A stretch of DNA of 63,921 bases, counting the filler, from Octopus bimaculoides (taxonomy: Eukaryota), in NCBI RefSeq assembly GCF_001194135.2. It is 5 parts of 4 records of this genome, joined end to end, with 100 filler letters (N's around TTAATTAATTAA, not from the genome) between each part and the next. Parts side by side here need not be neighbours in the genome. Positions count along the whole stretch, not along the records: positions 1 to 24,343 come from NC_068992.1; positions 24,444 to 49,516 come from NC_068982.1; 3 more parts are not named here. One strand, written 5' to 3'. Below the pieces are notes generated by a model that was given only the letters and a program-made list of their open reading frames with translations, was not told the DNA's origin and did no database searches. Made by a program: the position numbers and the translations under genes. The first letter of the stretch is position 1. The number at the start of each line of letters is the position of its first letter. This document shows, piece after piece, positions 11,191 through 26,047 of the stretch.

Positions 11191-14100
11191 CAACAATTTG
11201 AAGTAAAATAAAAATGAAGTTTTAAAGTGAAGATAAGGTTGTTTGGGAAATAGTTTTATACCTTACATATCGACCATTTTATTGACAATGAGACAGAATC
11301 ATTTATAATTAATTTGTTAATTATATGAAAGAATATCCTATTTGCTTACAAATAAAATCTGATTTAATTCTAAGTTTTCTTAATTTTAAATGGAAATTTA
11401 GATATTCGTTATCCGCTCATTTGCATAATTATTAATTCTCACCAATGATAAGAGGATATTAAAATTATTTTTTTAGCTATTTAATACATTTGGAAATGAT
11501 TAGAGAAAGCTTGAAATGACTGCGTGAATGAGGGGGTCTGTTCCCACCAGTAAAGTTTGTAGTTCGAAACCTGTCACTGGCGCTACTGTATGACCGTCGG
11601 TCAAATCCATTGGAATATTGTTGTTGTTACTGTAATTTGAGGCCATGTCAGTCATTATCTAACACTCCTATGATCAAACAGCGTTCCAGCCATAACTACC
11701 CCCATCTTTTATTCACATCCTTGCATCCAGGGTCACATTATAATCTATTATTATAATGCATGTTTAAGACACCGTGGAGTGATTTTAGGGGGATTTAGCT
11801 GATATTACTAGCAATGTTAGCGATCTTATAAAGACTCCTTCGTTCATGTTTTCTGTAAATATCAACGGATGACATTGTTCCTCATTTTAAACTGTGACAC
11901 GAGAATGGAGGTCAGTAAACAAAAATATGGGACTTTAGTCACGAAGAAAAGAAAGGGGAATCCATTTTAATGCAATCTTCTAATTAGAAATAAATTTGTC
12001 TAACAATCACTAGGTGGCGCAGCTCAATCACTTTGAAAACTATGGCAGCTACAAAATAATATGCAAATTGGTTAAAAGTATTCACACGTTATTTTGTATT
12101 TGTTTTGTTGGTATAACTTGAAAGTTGGGAAGAGATGGGATCTCTTAGCAACTTGTCGAAATCTTTTTCTCATTAGGCTCCTACAATGTATCACATAAAA
12201 CTACCTATGTATATGTCAAACGCTTTGGGTAAGATACAGAAACGATGCAATCACAACAACAACATCAACATCACAACACCGACAATGGCAACAGCAGCAG
12301 CAGCAGCAACAACAACAACGCCGAAGAGAAAATTTCGTTTGCCTGGTTAAATTACAGAGAAAGTGATTTGATTTAAATTACCAGTGATTATTTCTTTCTA
12401 AAGTCTACGATGCTGTTTACAGTTTAGGTAGGAAATAGTTCAGTAGATGTAAGTTCGAGAGCCTCTGTGTCGTTAAACATTGTTGAAATGTCATCGCAAA
12501 AGTCAATTGAGTTTAGGGGAATTATTTGACTTGAGACCTTTTAAGTTTTTACTGGATAAGTTTTCGAGTTTCGTAATGTCAGTAAAATTATTGTAGAGAT
12601 CCTTACCACATTACCATATCTCGTTATCTGTCGCTTTAAACAGAGACAAATACTTACATATATATACATATGTGTAGATGGCAAATATATGTGTATTCAC
12701 CCCCACCACACGTATCTATGTATATAAATGTATATATGCATATATATANNNNNNNNNNGTAAATGTATATATATGTATATATATATATATATATACATAT
12801 ATATACATTTACATGCACGTACGTGTACTCACACACAAAAACACACACGCACGCACACACAGATGAACATTATAGTGCGACCTCTTTCCTCTGACGTTGC
12901 TGACTTTCATATCTCTTACACAAAAAGAAAGAAAAAAAATGCTGTAAGCCACCCTACATTTTCCAGTGCCACAACGCAAAACTACTCTGCCTGGTTTTTG
13001 TCTTACAAACTTTCCTAAACACCCACAAAAGATCTCAAATCAGCAACGAATCTACTGAACTAAATAACTAGCTAAACATATATGCATCTATTTTCTTCGA
13101 CTAGCTTTCTTCAAAAAAAAAAAAAATAATAATAATAAAAAATAAAAAAAAGGAACATTCAACTGTTTCGCTACCCATCGGCTGCCTATATTTATTGGAC
13201 ATTATAGTACAGATGACATAATGTAACATAATATAATATATATACACACACAGATATGTAGACACATATAATCACAAACGTAATGCCAGTTACGTAAGCA
13301 GACTTTTACATTTGCACATAAAACTTTCTTATTAATTTAGTTATATATTATTATTTAATTAACCAAACACGATAACATATCGCTTGTATAACTTGTCAGT
13401 TACTTTAACATTGGAAAAAAAGAGGAAAGTGAAATATTAATCGTTTAAGAATCACAACAAACTGTTTTTACGTTCACATTTCGATTTTGTTTTCTTTTTA
13501 GCTTCAAAGAGATGTCAATGAAAGTAGCTTTCCCCACACCCCACCGATAACAAATTCCACTCAGCAGTTGCAAGAATCAATCTAAAGAATCGTCAATCAT
13601 ATTATTTAACTACAGTAGCTACTTAGAGCTAAGTTGACTCAGTGTTGTGTCATGGCCTCGGACACAACGTTACGGTAATGGCAGTATATGAAAGAAGTAA
13701 TCGCTTGGCTGGAAGTTTCATAATCGTTTTGTTGCGATGAATTATAACGAAACAAGAAACTCTACTGGGTAACAGCTTGGAATAGCTTACAACATCCCCT
13801 TTCTTATCTGTTCATTCTCTTCAAAATTCTTTCGTAGGTAAAGCTAATAATCCGATTACACTGAAAAGCATCTCACTAATTATTGTCAATCTAAACGTCA
13901 GTGAACTCAGTTTTGCAGAATTGTATCGATTAAACCTTGATAGTGCCAAGTAAATAGGTTGTAGATAAGAGGTGGGAGAATCTATTTGTAAAATGGTGGT
14001 AAGTAGGTAAGAATAAAACTCCTGTTAAAGAAATACGATATATTTAGCAAAAACATCCATAATCCTGATGGCCGTTTACCTAATATTCAGTGAATTTCAA

Positions 14101-16880
14101 AGAAAGCGATAAGCAATTATGTATTCGCTTCTGTATTATTGATTAGATACTTAAAGTGCTTGGACCAAATAAAGGAATTATACGGAAATGGGAAATTCGA
14201 GACGGTAAAACCCAATAATGTATTAGTGGCAGGCTTAGACATAGACATAAGAATTAGCAAGTTGTGGTGTTGGAATAAATGGAAATATAAGAGAAGAATA
14301 ACGATTGCCTATTTCAAACGGATATTTAGGAAGACGAGAATTAAGTTACAGTTTAAAATGAACGCGAATATTTAAATAAATTGTGAAATCAATGGTGTTA
14401 CAACTTTTTTTGAGGGCAATTATTTATAAAATGGTAAGAAATTTGGAGAGGTCTTGCTAACCCAATCAAACGCTAAAGGCCATGTGGTGCTTTACGTAAG
14501 GACGGGGGAGTTGACTTGTTTATTTATTGTACCTGGCAGCACGTGATGAGCAACACGTACAATGCCAGTGGCTATGAGTAATTACTAAGGGAAGAAAATG
14601 CAAAATTTCGAAGACACACGTAAAGGGCACAAGTGGGAAACATCAAACGAGAAATTCTTAACTGAAAAATTTCGTGTTAAGAACAAATTGGATCCCTTCT
14701 TATTTATTGTTTTATATAACGTTTGTTGCTGTTATTGTTGTAAAGTTCCATCTGACTCCATTTTGATTTCAAATTCCATCAACGTTGACTTTTGCCATCA
14801 TTTCGGGTGGCGAAAACAGGTACTGTCCATTATTATATCGGACCTAATCTTTCGTTTTCCTATATTATTCTCCTGTACATATTTAGCCTTAGTTGAATGG
14901 AAAAAAAAGACGATCAAATTAATGTTATTGTTGATGGATGCTGACATCCTGCAGATCTATGATCAAAGCCATTCCCGCCATGACCACATCGTATGTTATG
15001 TAATTTCAAGAAGATTTAGCTTCTATTTCTACCATAACCAACGTCTATGGATTGTTTCCGCGTTGATTCTCAGAATTACCGAGTAACTCCGAGAAGCTGA
15101 ACAAGAGTCAAGTCGTTGATGGATCTTTTTTTTTTTAGATCAAAATTGGTTTCGTGTTACACAACAACAACAGCATCAAGAAATACTCTGCAGGGATCCG
15201 TGATTCTCAAGTAGGTTTCAAAGCGACCTGAAGTGACAAGCTGTACTCACAATGGTCATGTTCTCCACAATAATATAAATGATTTAATTTTTAATTTGTC
15301 CTCTTCAAAGCTGTACTTAGTCGAAATAAAAATAATACCAGAAGAACTGTTGAGAAACTGGGAAATACCTTAAATGTTCTGTCAAATTGGTGACGGAGGG
15401 GGTCATGGAAATCTCATTTGTCTTCTAATGTTCACAAGAAAGATATGATTATCATTCCATACCATCGATACACCAGGAATAAATGAATTTGCTGCAAACT
15501 AAAAACTTAAGAATTTAATTTTTCACATTCAAAAAGTGCAGTTTGTCGGAAGTGCAGTTTGTGAATTTGCAGATTTTGAAGTAAAATTGTTGCAAAGCTG
15601 GTTTATATTCTTCAACTCTTTGGATTTTGATCGAATGTGTTCTTTGATCTCTGCGATGATATGATGTCTAGGAAATATTAATGCATTTACACTGATGTTT
15701 GATGAGTACAAACTAGTGAATAAGATGTGATGGTCACAGGCGGATTGTCTTTGTTGTTGGGTCTTGTAGAGCAAAGCTAGTCTTGGGATAACCAACAACA
15801 GCGATAAAATAACAAAAACAACAACAGTGATAAAATAACAAAAGCAACAACTGTTGAGTTTGTAACTCCAAATGCAAATTTAATTTATTTTGCACCGAAA
15901 CGTGGAAAGGCTTCACAATATGTTTATTTAAAAAACGACCGGAAATGAAGGTATTCCAGAATTGCGAACAGTATTGGTTGAAATGTAAAAATTGGAGTAA
16001 GAATTAATAAAAAGGTGTGGAGGGCAACTATTTCATCTTTTGAATCTTTAGACGTTAACTCATAATTCCAAATTTTCAGTGTCTTTTGATATTTCCTTTA
16101 GACCAGTTTTTCAAATGATATTTGTCCTTTCATGTAAATTGTGAAGGTGAAACTTTCGGTTTATAATTCACTCGGGGAAAATATTTTTTATCATAATTGA
16201 TGTATTGCATCGTTAATATATTGTATTTGAAAGATTGTCTAGTTAGAAGAGACCGCCTAGGTTGTTCACGGTTTGATTGTAAATAAACCATGGTGATCAG
16301 AGATATCAATTAGATGTTAAAAATTGTGGAGCGATGAAAGACCTAAAAACCTAAGACTGTTCTCGTTTGTTCTATTTACTGCAAGTTAAAGATATTTTTG
16401 GCGGAAATTTGATAACCTTTACTTTGAAAATTCAACCCAGACTTTGAAATCTATATTCCGATACTTTCAATATGTAATAACAAATTGAATTAACGCTTCA
16501 CCTTTCTCAGAGCTATCTCTCTACTCATCTTCATACACATGTAGACACGTCTGTACTTATACGCACGCACATGCGCGCGCACACACACACAAAACAATAT
16601 AGACACATACATACATGCATATGTAGACACACATATGCACATTTATCACCTATGAATTCGTATCTGTATATAGGTCCATAAATATGTCTGCGTTTATTTT
16701 TGTTCCACCATCAAAAATCCTTTTAACCTTTTAAAATTCCTTCAATCAATGGAGCGTCACCAGCCACAACTAAATGATGGATAGACGAGTTATTAATAAA
16801 AGACAGAATCAAGACTTTGAACATCCGGCAGAATAGAAACGATGAAGAATATATTTTGTTATTGTTTTTCGATCGATGGA

Positions 16881-17670
16881 AGCTGGTGTGGTGGTAGAGT
16901 GGTTAAAGTCTCGGACGGAAAACTCTCTTTACATTCTATTTTCACATGCAGCCGGTTATCTCATCTCGGGGGTGATAAAGGAGAAGTACCAGTCAACTAC
17001 TAGGGTCGATATACTCGACTATTTACTCCCCCTAAAATTGCTGGCCTTGTGCAAAAAAATAAAACACTTTTTAGAACACAGGATTAATAAAAGCGTTACT
17101 GTTCCGGAAAAATGACTTCCGGCATGTGCTTTGATGCTTTTATTCACCCTCGGGGATGGGGGTCAGTAAAATGAAGTGTCAATCAAGAACTAAGATCAAT
17201 GCTGTCTACTGATCTCTCTCTCCCAAAAATTACTGGCCATATTTTATTGAAACAGTAGAATTCAGTAGCTGACACAATAACAAGTATGTCGGATAAAATG
17301 CTTAGCTGAATTTCTACCGGCTCTTAACGTTCTGAGTTCAAATTTCGCCGAGGTCAACTTTGCCTTTCATCTTTTTGGGAGCGTGCCAGTCACGTACTTG
17401 GCTGATGTAATCGACTTCTACTTCTCCCAAAATTGCAGGACTTGTGCAAAAATTAAAAAAAGAATTCTTTAGGTATAATCGAAGGTCTAACAAAATATCT
17501 TACATTATTCTAGTTCTTCGTCTTCCGAGTTCAAATCCTGCCGAAACACCTTTGACTTTCATCTCTCCGACGACGTTAAAAATAAAGTATCAGTCATGAA
17601 CTGGGTTGATGATATCATCTTATCCTTCCCGCTGATTCCTGGCTTTGTGCCAAAATCAGAAAGTAATGTT
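16881..17670 (+). mobile_element. Cluster of three to four degenerate family A SINEs
   Basis: Repeated blocks TTCTGAGTTCAAAT..CGCCGAGGTC.ACTTTGCCTTTCATC, AGTACCAGTC...GGGTCGAT and GGCCTTGTGC at about 16881-17072, 17140-17245, 17255-17465 and 17480-17670. Confidence 0.7.
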
Positions 17671-18620
17671 TTTAGTTTTGGAGGCAGAATTTAGAACCAA
17701 TATGAATATACCAAATAGAGAGAACTATTCTAACGCAACTAGAACAAGCTGAATGAGCAGTCTTAATATAAGTACAACAGATGTTGTAATGGAATAATTA
17801 TGGTTTAAATCAGAACATCACATGGTTTTGTTTATTGTAAACGATAGTTTAAAGTTCATAATAAATATTTGTCTAGTTGCAGTGATGCTCTTGTAAATAT
17901 ACAAATTCCTCAAATATTTACAAAGTTCCGAGTTATAAAGAGAGTAAATGAGACTTTGGCAAATTCTAAAGAGAATACGATGCGTAGTCACCATTAAGGT
18001 TTTGTTTGAAACACTTATTCCATCATATAAACAAGTTGATGTTTACTAAATATTTAAATGTAATACAAGGCATCTCTGTAAGTGCAAACCCAGTGAAATG
18101 ACTGCAGGAACGGGTGTAAATTCTATTTCCCTACCATATTAACGTGACTAACAACCACCTATAACTTCTTCAAATTATACTTTTGCTTTGAGAACGCGAT
18201 GATCACATTGTATATAATATAGACACAGATGTATTGCGCCCAGAGTGGCTTTGATAATATTCTACTCAATCAAGACAGATCTGACTTGTTTAAAATCTTG
18301 TTTAGCCTCAGTAGTTCAAAATGTGAGGATCATTATTTAGTATTGTAAATTTATCACTATAAACGATTTATGTCCAGCCTCATTGTTGCATGTTACTAAC
18401 AGACCAATCATGTGTTCTCAACATTTCCTATGGAATAGTTAAAAGGTAGTTTTATACATTGTTGAAGAACACATATCATAAAGGACTTTGAGCGAAGAGA
18501 AACAGTTTTCGGTTTCACATTTGGCGCCGTTAAACAACGGTTACAGACTCTTACACACTCCACATATATATACATGCATAAAGTACGTCAATATGTATGT
18601 GTTCGTGTGTGTGTGTGTGT

Positions 18621-18657
<37 letters not shown>

Positions 18658-18684
18658 TGTGTGTAGCAGACACACTGCGTGTAT

Positions 18685-18812
18685 CAAATTCTACTCAAAA
18701 GTTATTGGTCAATCTGATGCTATAGTAGAAAATACTTGCTTAAGGTGTTGCACAGTGGGATCGAACTGGAAACGGCGTCATTATAAGACGAGCTTCTAAA
18801 CCAGACGGCAAT
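18685..18812 (-). mobile_element. SINE family B, head fragment
   Basis: CTATAGTAGAAAATACTTGCTTAAGGTG..GCACAGTGGGATCGAAC is the reverse complement of the family B head; a (GT)n tract is adjacent. Confidence 0.7.
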
Positions 18813-20529
18813 GAAAGGTAACGTTGTGACTTAATTTTAAGCAAAAGCTAGCGAAGGCGAATTAGAATCAGATATCGGAAGTCAGAGCCGGATTTCATCA
18901 TTTAGAGATTATGAAAAGGTTTTAGAAGTAAAAGGTAATTTTAAACTATCGAGTATTTTAGAATTCTATTGGTTGCGAAGCGAATTTATATCGATACATA
19001 TTTCAACACATTAGTTTGGAATATTTACTGTGCATTTATTGAAGACATGAAAACTATTGATCTTGTATCGATGTTTCATCGTTTACTAAATGGAAAATTT
19101 CAATTACGATACGAATCTGATCGACTTGGCCGGAAAAATAACATTCATTGCACTTAACCTTCTTCTCTTTGATGGCTACAAATAATGATTCCGACAACCG
19201 AATGCTCAAAAGTTTCGGTCAACTTTCAGTGAGACCGAATCGGCAAGAGAGGTTCCATTCTAGTGATTTCATTTGGCGTATTCCTTGTCCTAGTGAGTTT
19301 TGGTTATTCTCATTGTCCAAAAGGAAACATTGTTTCATGACAATGACGCGTCATTGGCGGAATGCAGAGTCTTGGCTAGGAAGCAATTGACTCATAAACA
19401 ATATGAGACATATAATTTCCATTTCAATTTCCGTTGGAATGCATATAACATACATTACTGGTGGGCGACTATTTCCAGTAGGAATCAGTTTTAAGTGAGG
19501 TCAGTATTTACCTGAAACTATTTTCTCCCTTTCATATATCTTCCCGATGCCTACGACCCAGACTTTTAATTGTTGACCGATTAACATTTGGCAAATGCGA
19601 TGGGAATGCTTATTATTTATCTATCTATTCCGAGGCCATTAGATTTCTAAAATAAATGAAATAACTTCAAATGGGATTCGAAACTGTGTTTCACTGTGTT
19701 TGCTTTTATGGAACTTTGCCTCTGACCTCATCATACTTGTCACCTTCGTGGTTCAATTATGGCTGCACTCTTTCCTTCCCCACTGCGCGAATTGAAACGG
19801 GGATCAGCGAATGGGAAATAACTAAACGGTTGACATAGATGTATGGTACTCTCGAGATTTGGAAAGCAATCTGTCTTCAGTATAATTAATCTGTGGTAGC
19901 TCAATGGAATATCAAATGAGTTGATTAACGCCGATTCATTTCATACTATGAATCCCCAGTTGAACGGCTAATGTTTCTTAAAATATAATCTCTGTAATAA
20001 TATAAGTTTAGTGACGTTTCCTATTTCAACGTATTTTATTATCTTTACTTTCTGGTAAAGACAGTTGTTGCCCATTATTATCATAAAAATCCTAATGCGT
20101 CGAATCGTTTCAATAGGATTTTGGGCATTTAATATTAAAATGAGTTTGTCAGAAACGGAACCTTGGACCAAATGTATTGTGATATTTAGTTTCATCCTGG
20201 TCTTTTGTTGAAATCTCATCAGATGTCAAAGTCTGTGTTCGACCCTCCAGCATGACGAAATGAGTTAAAACTTTGAGATCTATTCAATATTGAAATAAGA
20301 TGTCCTTCAGCTGCCTTTTCAAAGTAAGCAATAGCCTAACGTTTAAATGGGAACCATATGGAAAAAGAATCGAAATTATTGTATTTTCTTCTCGGAACCA
20401 AAATAACAGAATTTAAAATTAAGGCAGCGAAAGAAATCAATATTTAGAAGTGCGTTTGTGTGTGTGTGTGTGTGTGTGTGAGAAAGAGAGAGAGAGAGAA
20501 AGAGAAAGAGAGAGAGAGAGAAAGAGAAA

Positions 20530-20560
<31 letters not shown>

Positions 20561-21840
20561 GGAGAAAAAGAGAGAGAGAGAGAGAGAGGGAGAGAAANNN
20601 NNNNNNNNNNNNNNNNNNNNNNNNNNNNNNNNNNNNNNNNNNNNNNNNNNNNNNNNNNNNNNNNNNNNNNNNNNNNNNNNNNNNNNNNNNNNNNNNNNNN
20701 NNNNNNNNNNNNNNNNNNNNNNNNNNNNNNNNNNNNNNNNNNNNNNNNNNNNNNNNNNNNNNNNNNNNNNNNNNNNNNNNNNNNNNNNNNNNNNNNNNNN
20801 NNNNNNNNNNNNNNNNNNNNNNNNNNNNNNNNNNNNNNNNNNNNNNNNNNNNNNNNNNNNNNNNNNNNNNNNNNNNNNNNNNNNNNNNNNNNNNNNNNNN
20901 NNNNNNNNNNNNNNNNNNNNNNNNNNNNNNNNNNNNNNNNNNNNNNNNNNNNNNNNNNNNNNNNNNNNNNNNNNNNNNNNNNNNNNNNNNNNNNNNNNNN
21001 NNNNNNNNNNNNNNNNNNNNNNNNNNNNNNNNNNNNNNNNNNNNNNNNNNNNNNNNNNNNNNNNNNNNNNNNNNNNNNNNNNNNNNNNNNNNNNNNNNNN
21101 NNNNNNNNNNNNNNNNNNNNNNNNNNNNNNNNNNNNNNNNNNNNNNNNNNNNNNNNNNNNNNNNNNNNNNNNNNNNNNNNNNNNNNNNNNNNNNNNNNNN
21201 NNNNNNNNNNNNNNNNNNNNNNNNNNNNNNNNNNNNNNNNNNNNNNNNNNNNNNNNNNNNNNNNNNNNNNNNNNNNNNNNNNNNNNNNNNNNNNNNNNNN
21301 NNNNNNNNNNNNNNNNNNNNNNNNNNNNNNNNNNNNNNNNNNNNNNNNNNNNNNNNNNNNNNNNATACATACATATGTATAATTAGAAATGATCTAAGAT
21401 CTAATTATAAATCTCACAGAGAGATATAAGCAGCAGTGTTACGATAAAGCAGTTGTTTGCAGTCAACTTAATGTGACAGATCCATTAAGGGATTCATACT
21501 GTTGCTATTTAGCCTTAGGAAGCTAGACCGCTTCCTGTTGGTCGACTCGTTTGAAAGGTTTAGAGACAAACTCTTTCCTCTCTGACTAACCTGTCATCAA
21601 CTTTCGTAGGTTTTTCTTTCCACGGATAAACCTAGTCAATGTTATATTAACTCACCCTTTGGGGAATTCCAATTGTTAAAAACGACACATTAATTATTTC
21701 CTTGTGTACACGTCCCAAAACGTTTTCGATTCCTTTTGATCGTTTTCGAAAAGAAAAAAAAATCTACATTGTATCGTCACCTCTGTGTTCGGCTCTGCGT
21801 GGCTAATAAAGAAATCTATCTGTCTGTCTGTCTGTCTGCC

Positions 21841-21919
<79 letters not shown>

Positions 21920-22335
21920 ATATCTATCTATCTATCTATCTATCTATCTACCTATCTATCTATCTACCTATCTGTCGGTCTGTCTATCTATCTGTCTGTC
22001 TGTCTGTCTGTCAATCTAAATGCGTCTCCGTCTCATCTTCTCTCAGTATGGCAAAACATTAAGCACTTCACTACAAACGACACAGCTACTGTGCCTTCCA
22101 CTCCTCCTCCTATTCTGACACTTTTTAATATTTCGTTACTTAGTTAGTTTCAGTCACCTTGCGTCTCACACTGCTATACACCACTGATGACTTGTTAACT
22201 GCTGATATGTGACTATAAAAATGAATATGAATATGAATATATATGTGTGTGTGTATGTGTCTGTGTGTGTATATATGTGTATGTATACATATATATATAT
22301 ATGTATATATATATATGTATATATGTATATGTATG

Positions 22336-22376
<41 letters not shown>

Positions 22377-22746
22377 ATATANNNNNNNNNNNNNNNNNNN
22401 NNNNNNNNNNNNNNNNNNNNNNNNNNNNNNNNNNNNNNNNNNNNNNNNNNNNNNNNNNNNNNNNNNNNNNNNNNNNNNNNNNNNNNNNNNNNNNNNNNNN
22501 NNNNNNNNNNNNNNNNNNNNNNNNNNNNNNNNNNNNNNNNNNNNNNNNNNNNNNNNNNNNNNNNNNNNNNNNNNNNNNNNNNNNNNNNNNNNNNNNNNNN
22601 NNNNNNNNNNNNNNNNNNNNNNNNNNNNNNNNNNNNNNNNNNNNNNNNNNNNNNNNNNNNNNNNNNNNNNNNNNNNNNNNNNNNNNNNNNNNNNNNNNNN
22701 NNNNNNNNNNNNNNNNNNNNNNNNNNNNNNNNNNNNNNNNNNNNNN

Positions 22747-22778
<32 letters not shown>

Positions 22779-24291
22779 TATACTATACTATACATATAAC
22801 GATGTGCCGTTCGTGTAAACAAGGATGGAATGAAATTGAGTAAGTCAGAACATGGAAAATATGTCTATGTATGGAATCGCTCTTCCATGAGTAGAGTAGT
22901 AAATATGATATGCATGCATATAAATGTGAGGCGCGTGTATGAGTGTATATGGACATAGATGTTCCTAACTATCCGTGTATAGCTCTCTGTGCGTATTTTA
23001 TTACTAATAAGGCCATATTAATTATGTCCCTTATTTTAATAACACTTTCCGAATTAGTTTTTTGTTCTGTATTTCTAATTTATTACATTCCCCATGTAAA
23101 CATTTCTCATCTTCTTCCAACTGAATATTAATTGGACTTCTGTAATTTAGTACATATAATAATATTGCTAATTGAACGCAAACGCACAGCACACGTACTC
23201 CTCCGCCGCACATATGTAATATAATAATATTAATACCAAACGGTAATATTTAACCTGTCTTAAAGTGGATGATGTGTTACAACACAAAATGCTGCATTAT
23301 TTATCATGAGAGAACCGCTCAAATGGACTTGTGGTGCATGTAAGCACTCGTGTTTACATACCTACCGGGAGTTAATCCTTTACCATCGTCACCAGGACTA
23401 TCAGGTCACGTGATTTCGACATTCCTTGGCTTTGTCAGTGGTAGACGCCCGAAAGCATTACATATGTGCAACGTAAATTTGATAAATAACGGTGTGAATG
23501 AAATCTAGAATATGATGAAAATATGTGAAAGAGATTAGTTTAAGAATTCTCAAGATCAAAACATTATATAGAACGGTGATGGAAATCTTTGTAGAAGAAC
23601 AACTTTCGATAAATCAAAGATGATCTTTAAAATCTTTACCGTAAATAATAGAATTGTATATTTAATATAATTATAACATTGTACATATATTACGAATATA
23701 ATATTGTATACTTAGTTTAAATATAATATAAAGTTGGTGTACATATAATATTGTAAAGATATTCTAAATCTAAATATTCTAATGCTACTGTGTAATGGTA
23801 AAATTAATAATTCTAAAAATTACCAACACATGAAGAATTCTTATTTCTAAACTTGAGACAGTCTTGATGCTGTACACATTGCTAAATATAAATAAAACAA
23901 AAACGAAAGTTGAGGAAGGCTTGCAATAGATAAAAACAAAAGAAAAGTTCCATTTATATTAACACGGTTTACAAACGAAATTACAAACAAAATATGGGAA
24001 AAGATAACAACAAATTAAACTGATTTCTATATACCATATATACACAAGAGACTATATCTAGTATATACAATGAAAGAAGATATAATAGCGACAAACCATT
24101 GTAGTCCACAGGTGGCGGTTGACTTTGAATAAGGACTGGAAACAAAACAAAGTTAAAAACAACAAACTGGGAAATGAATGTTTGGAAATATTGGAGACAG
24201 AAGATGATAGGAATTTCCTTCAGAAAACATTTCATTTTAATACATCGATAACCAAGGCTTATGACCACGCATACATATATACATACATACA

Positions 24292-24343
<52 letters not shown>

Positions 24344-24443
24344 NNNNNNNNNNNNNNNNNNNNNNNNNNNNNNNNNNNNNNNNNNNNTTAATTAATTAAN
24401 NNNNNNNNNNNNNNNNNNNNNNNNNNNNNNNNNNNNNNNNNNN

Positions 24444-24486
<43 letters not shown>

Positions 24487-25615
24487 ATATATTAATGATG
24501 TACACAAATACATGACAGGTATGCATAACACTGAAATACACATAAAGTAAACACATGCAGACAAATATATTAATATAACAATTTCTTTTAATAATAAAAA
24601 ATACAATCAATGAAGTGACAAGAGAAACAGTAAGATGGTACATATTGATTTTATTAGGTATTTCTGCTGATATAGAAACCTACAATGAAATTAGGTATTT
24701 CTGCTTATTTAGAAACCTACAATGAACAGGCCAGACTCTAAACTATAAATTTCATAGGGTACAACCTTAAAGTTGATACCGCTCCGCTAAATGCAGAAAA
24801 TTTTTTCTCGCTATTGGCTAAAAATACACCGTCTTTTCGATTGTTAAACCTCTGTAATTTTCTTCTCCAATTTTTTTTCTCCACAACATCACACCTTCAA
24901 AGCAAGGAGACTAGAAGGCTACATTATTATAGCCGATCTTCAGATTCTTTTACTTCCTTTAAAAAAAAATGCATATTTTGCGATTGAAAAAAAACTAGAT
25001 CCAAAAGAGAAAGTAAAATACGACCTGACCTGACCTGGTCAATGATTAGACACGTAAGTCCCTACAATACACTATCCCGGAAATACCATCTATGTTCCAG
25101 GGAATCGCTGTCAATATTGTTAACAAAAGAGCAGATTATTAATAGATTTGCTGAACGACTACTCAGATGCAAACTATATAATAATATTGATATTCACCAA
25201 GAAATAGTTACTGCTTGAAAAGCTAACGAGTCTGTAGTGGTCCATAGCTCTAATCGGAATGCCGGAAGGTGTATGTGTGCAAGTATAAGTGTGCGTGTGT
25301 GCGAGTGTAGATATACGTATACATGTGCGTCTGTGTGTGTGTGGGGGTATATATTTTGTGTATACATATGTAAGTATAGCTATATATTATGCGTGTAAGC
25401 TTTATTCTCATTCATTTATCACACTATATTTCTCCACTCTTAATTTTCTGTTAATTTCTTTCTTTCCCCACCTTCTCTTTCTCTAAATTACCTTTGACGT
25501 TAAATCTATTAACGGTTTAAAAACAAAAATAACTTGCCAACGTTCCCCTTCATCATATACACGGTAATCACATTCGGTTAAAATGGCTTATTGATGTATT
25601 TTGTTTTTCTTTCTT

Positions 25616-25704
25616 TTTCCCCTGAGGAGATGGTTGCATTGTTTTACATTATTTTATTGTCTCCGGAATTATATCAATGTTTTCTTCGAAACATATGTCG
25701 GAAA
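25616..25704 (+). ncRNA. Type I hammerhead ribozyme, family 1, copy 1
   Basis: CUGAGGA core (25622-25628); stem II base GAUGG/UCUUC plus CAUUG/CAAUG; GAAA (25688-25691); palindromic stem III ACAUAUGU; GUC cleavage triplet (cut after 25699); stem I UUU(C)CC/GGAAA. Confidence 0.7.
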
Positions 25705-25959
25705 TACAAAGATTTGAATAACACCTGCGTTTGACTCCATTTCTTAGTTTATCTATGTTAGACAAAAACATTTCACTTAACCCTGGAATTTCTACCTTTA
25801 TAATTAGGCTGTAATATCCTTGGCACTTAAGTGAATTTTTGCTACACTGGTAACTATTTATTTATTTTTTTCCATGCTATTTAAAAAAATAACTTGCCAG
25901 CGTTCTCCTTCATCATATACGCGGTAAAATGGCTTATTGATGTGTTTTGTTTTTCTTTT

Positions 25960-26047
25960 TTTCCCTGACGAGATGATTGCATTATTTTACATCATTTTAT
26001 TCCCTCCGGAATAATATCAATGTTTTCTTCGAAACATATGTCGGAAG
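25960..26047 (+). ncRNA. Type I hammerhead ribozyme, family 1, copy 2
   Basis: Stem I UUUCC (25960-25964)/GGAAG (26043-26047); CUGACGA (25965-25971); long stem II with base GAUGA/UCUUC and internal hairpin UUAUUCC-cucc-GGAAUAA (25997-26014); GAAA (26031-26034); stem III ACAUAUGU; cut after GUC at 26042. Confidence 0.8.

Noticed and set aside
14945-14995. Minus-strand VVMAGMALIIDLQDVSIH resembling a CRAL-TRIO motif
   Set aside because: The DNA is a copy of interspersed repeat family D (CTATGATCAAAG.CATTCC.GCCATGACC), and stops flank it.
19835-19885. Minus-strand CUGAAGA...AGAUU/AAUCU...GAGA hammerhead-like motif; similar partial motifs at about 33960-33990 and 24915-24945
   Set aside because: Core violations (GAGA, G17 or no GAAA) and no convincing stem I.
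24388-24399. TTAATTAATTAA isolated between ~45-N runs, repeated at 49561-49572, 61615-61626 and 62858-62869
   Set aside because: An identical palindromic all-frame-stop 12-mer embedded in Ns four times is an assembly spacer, not biology.
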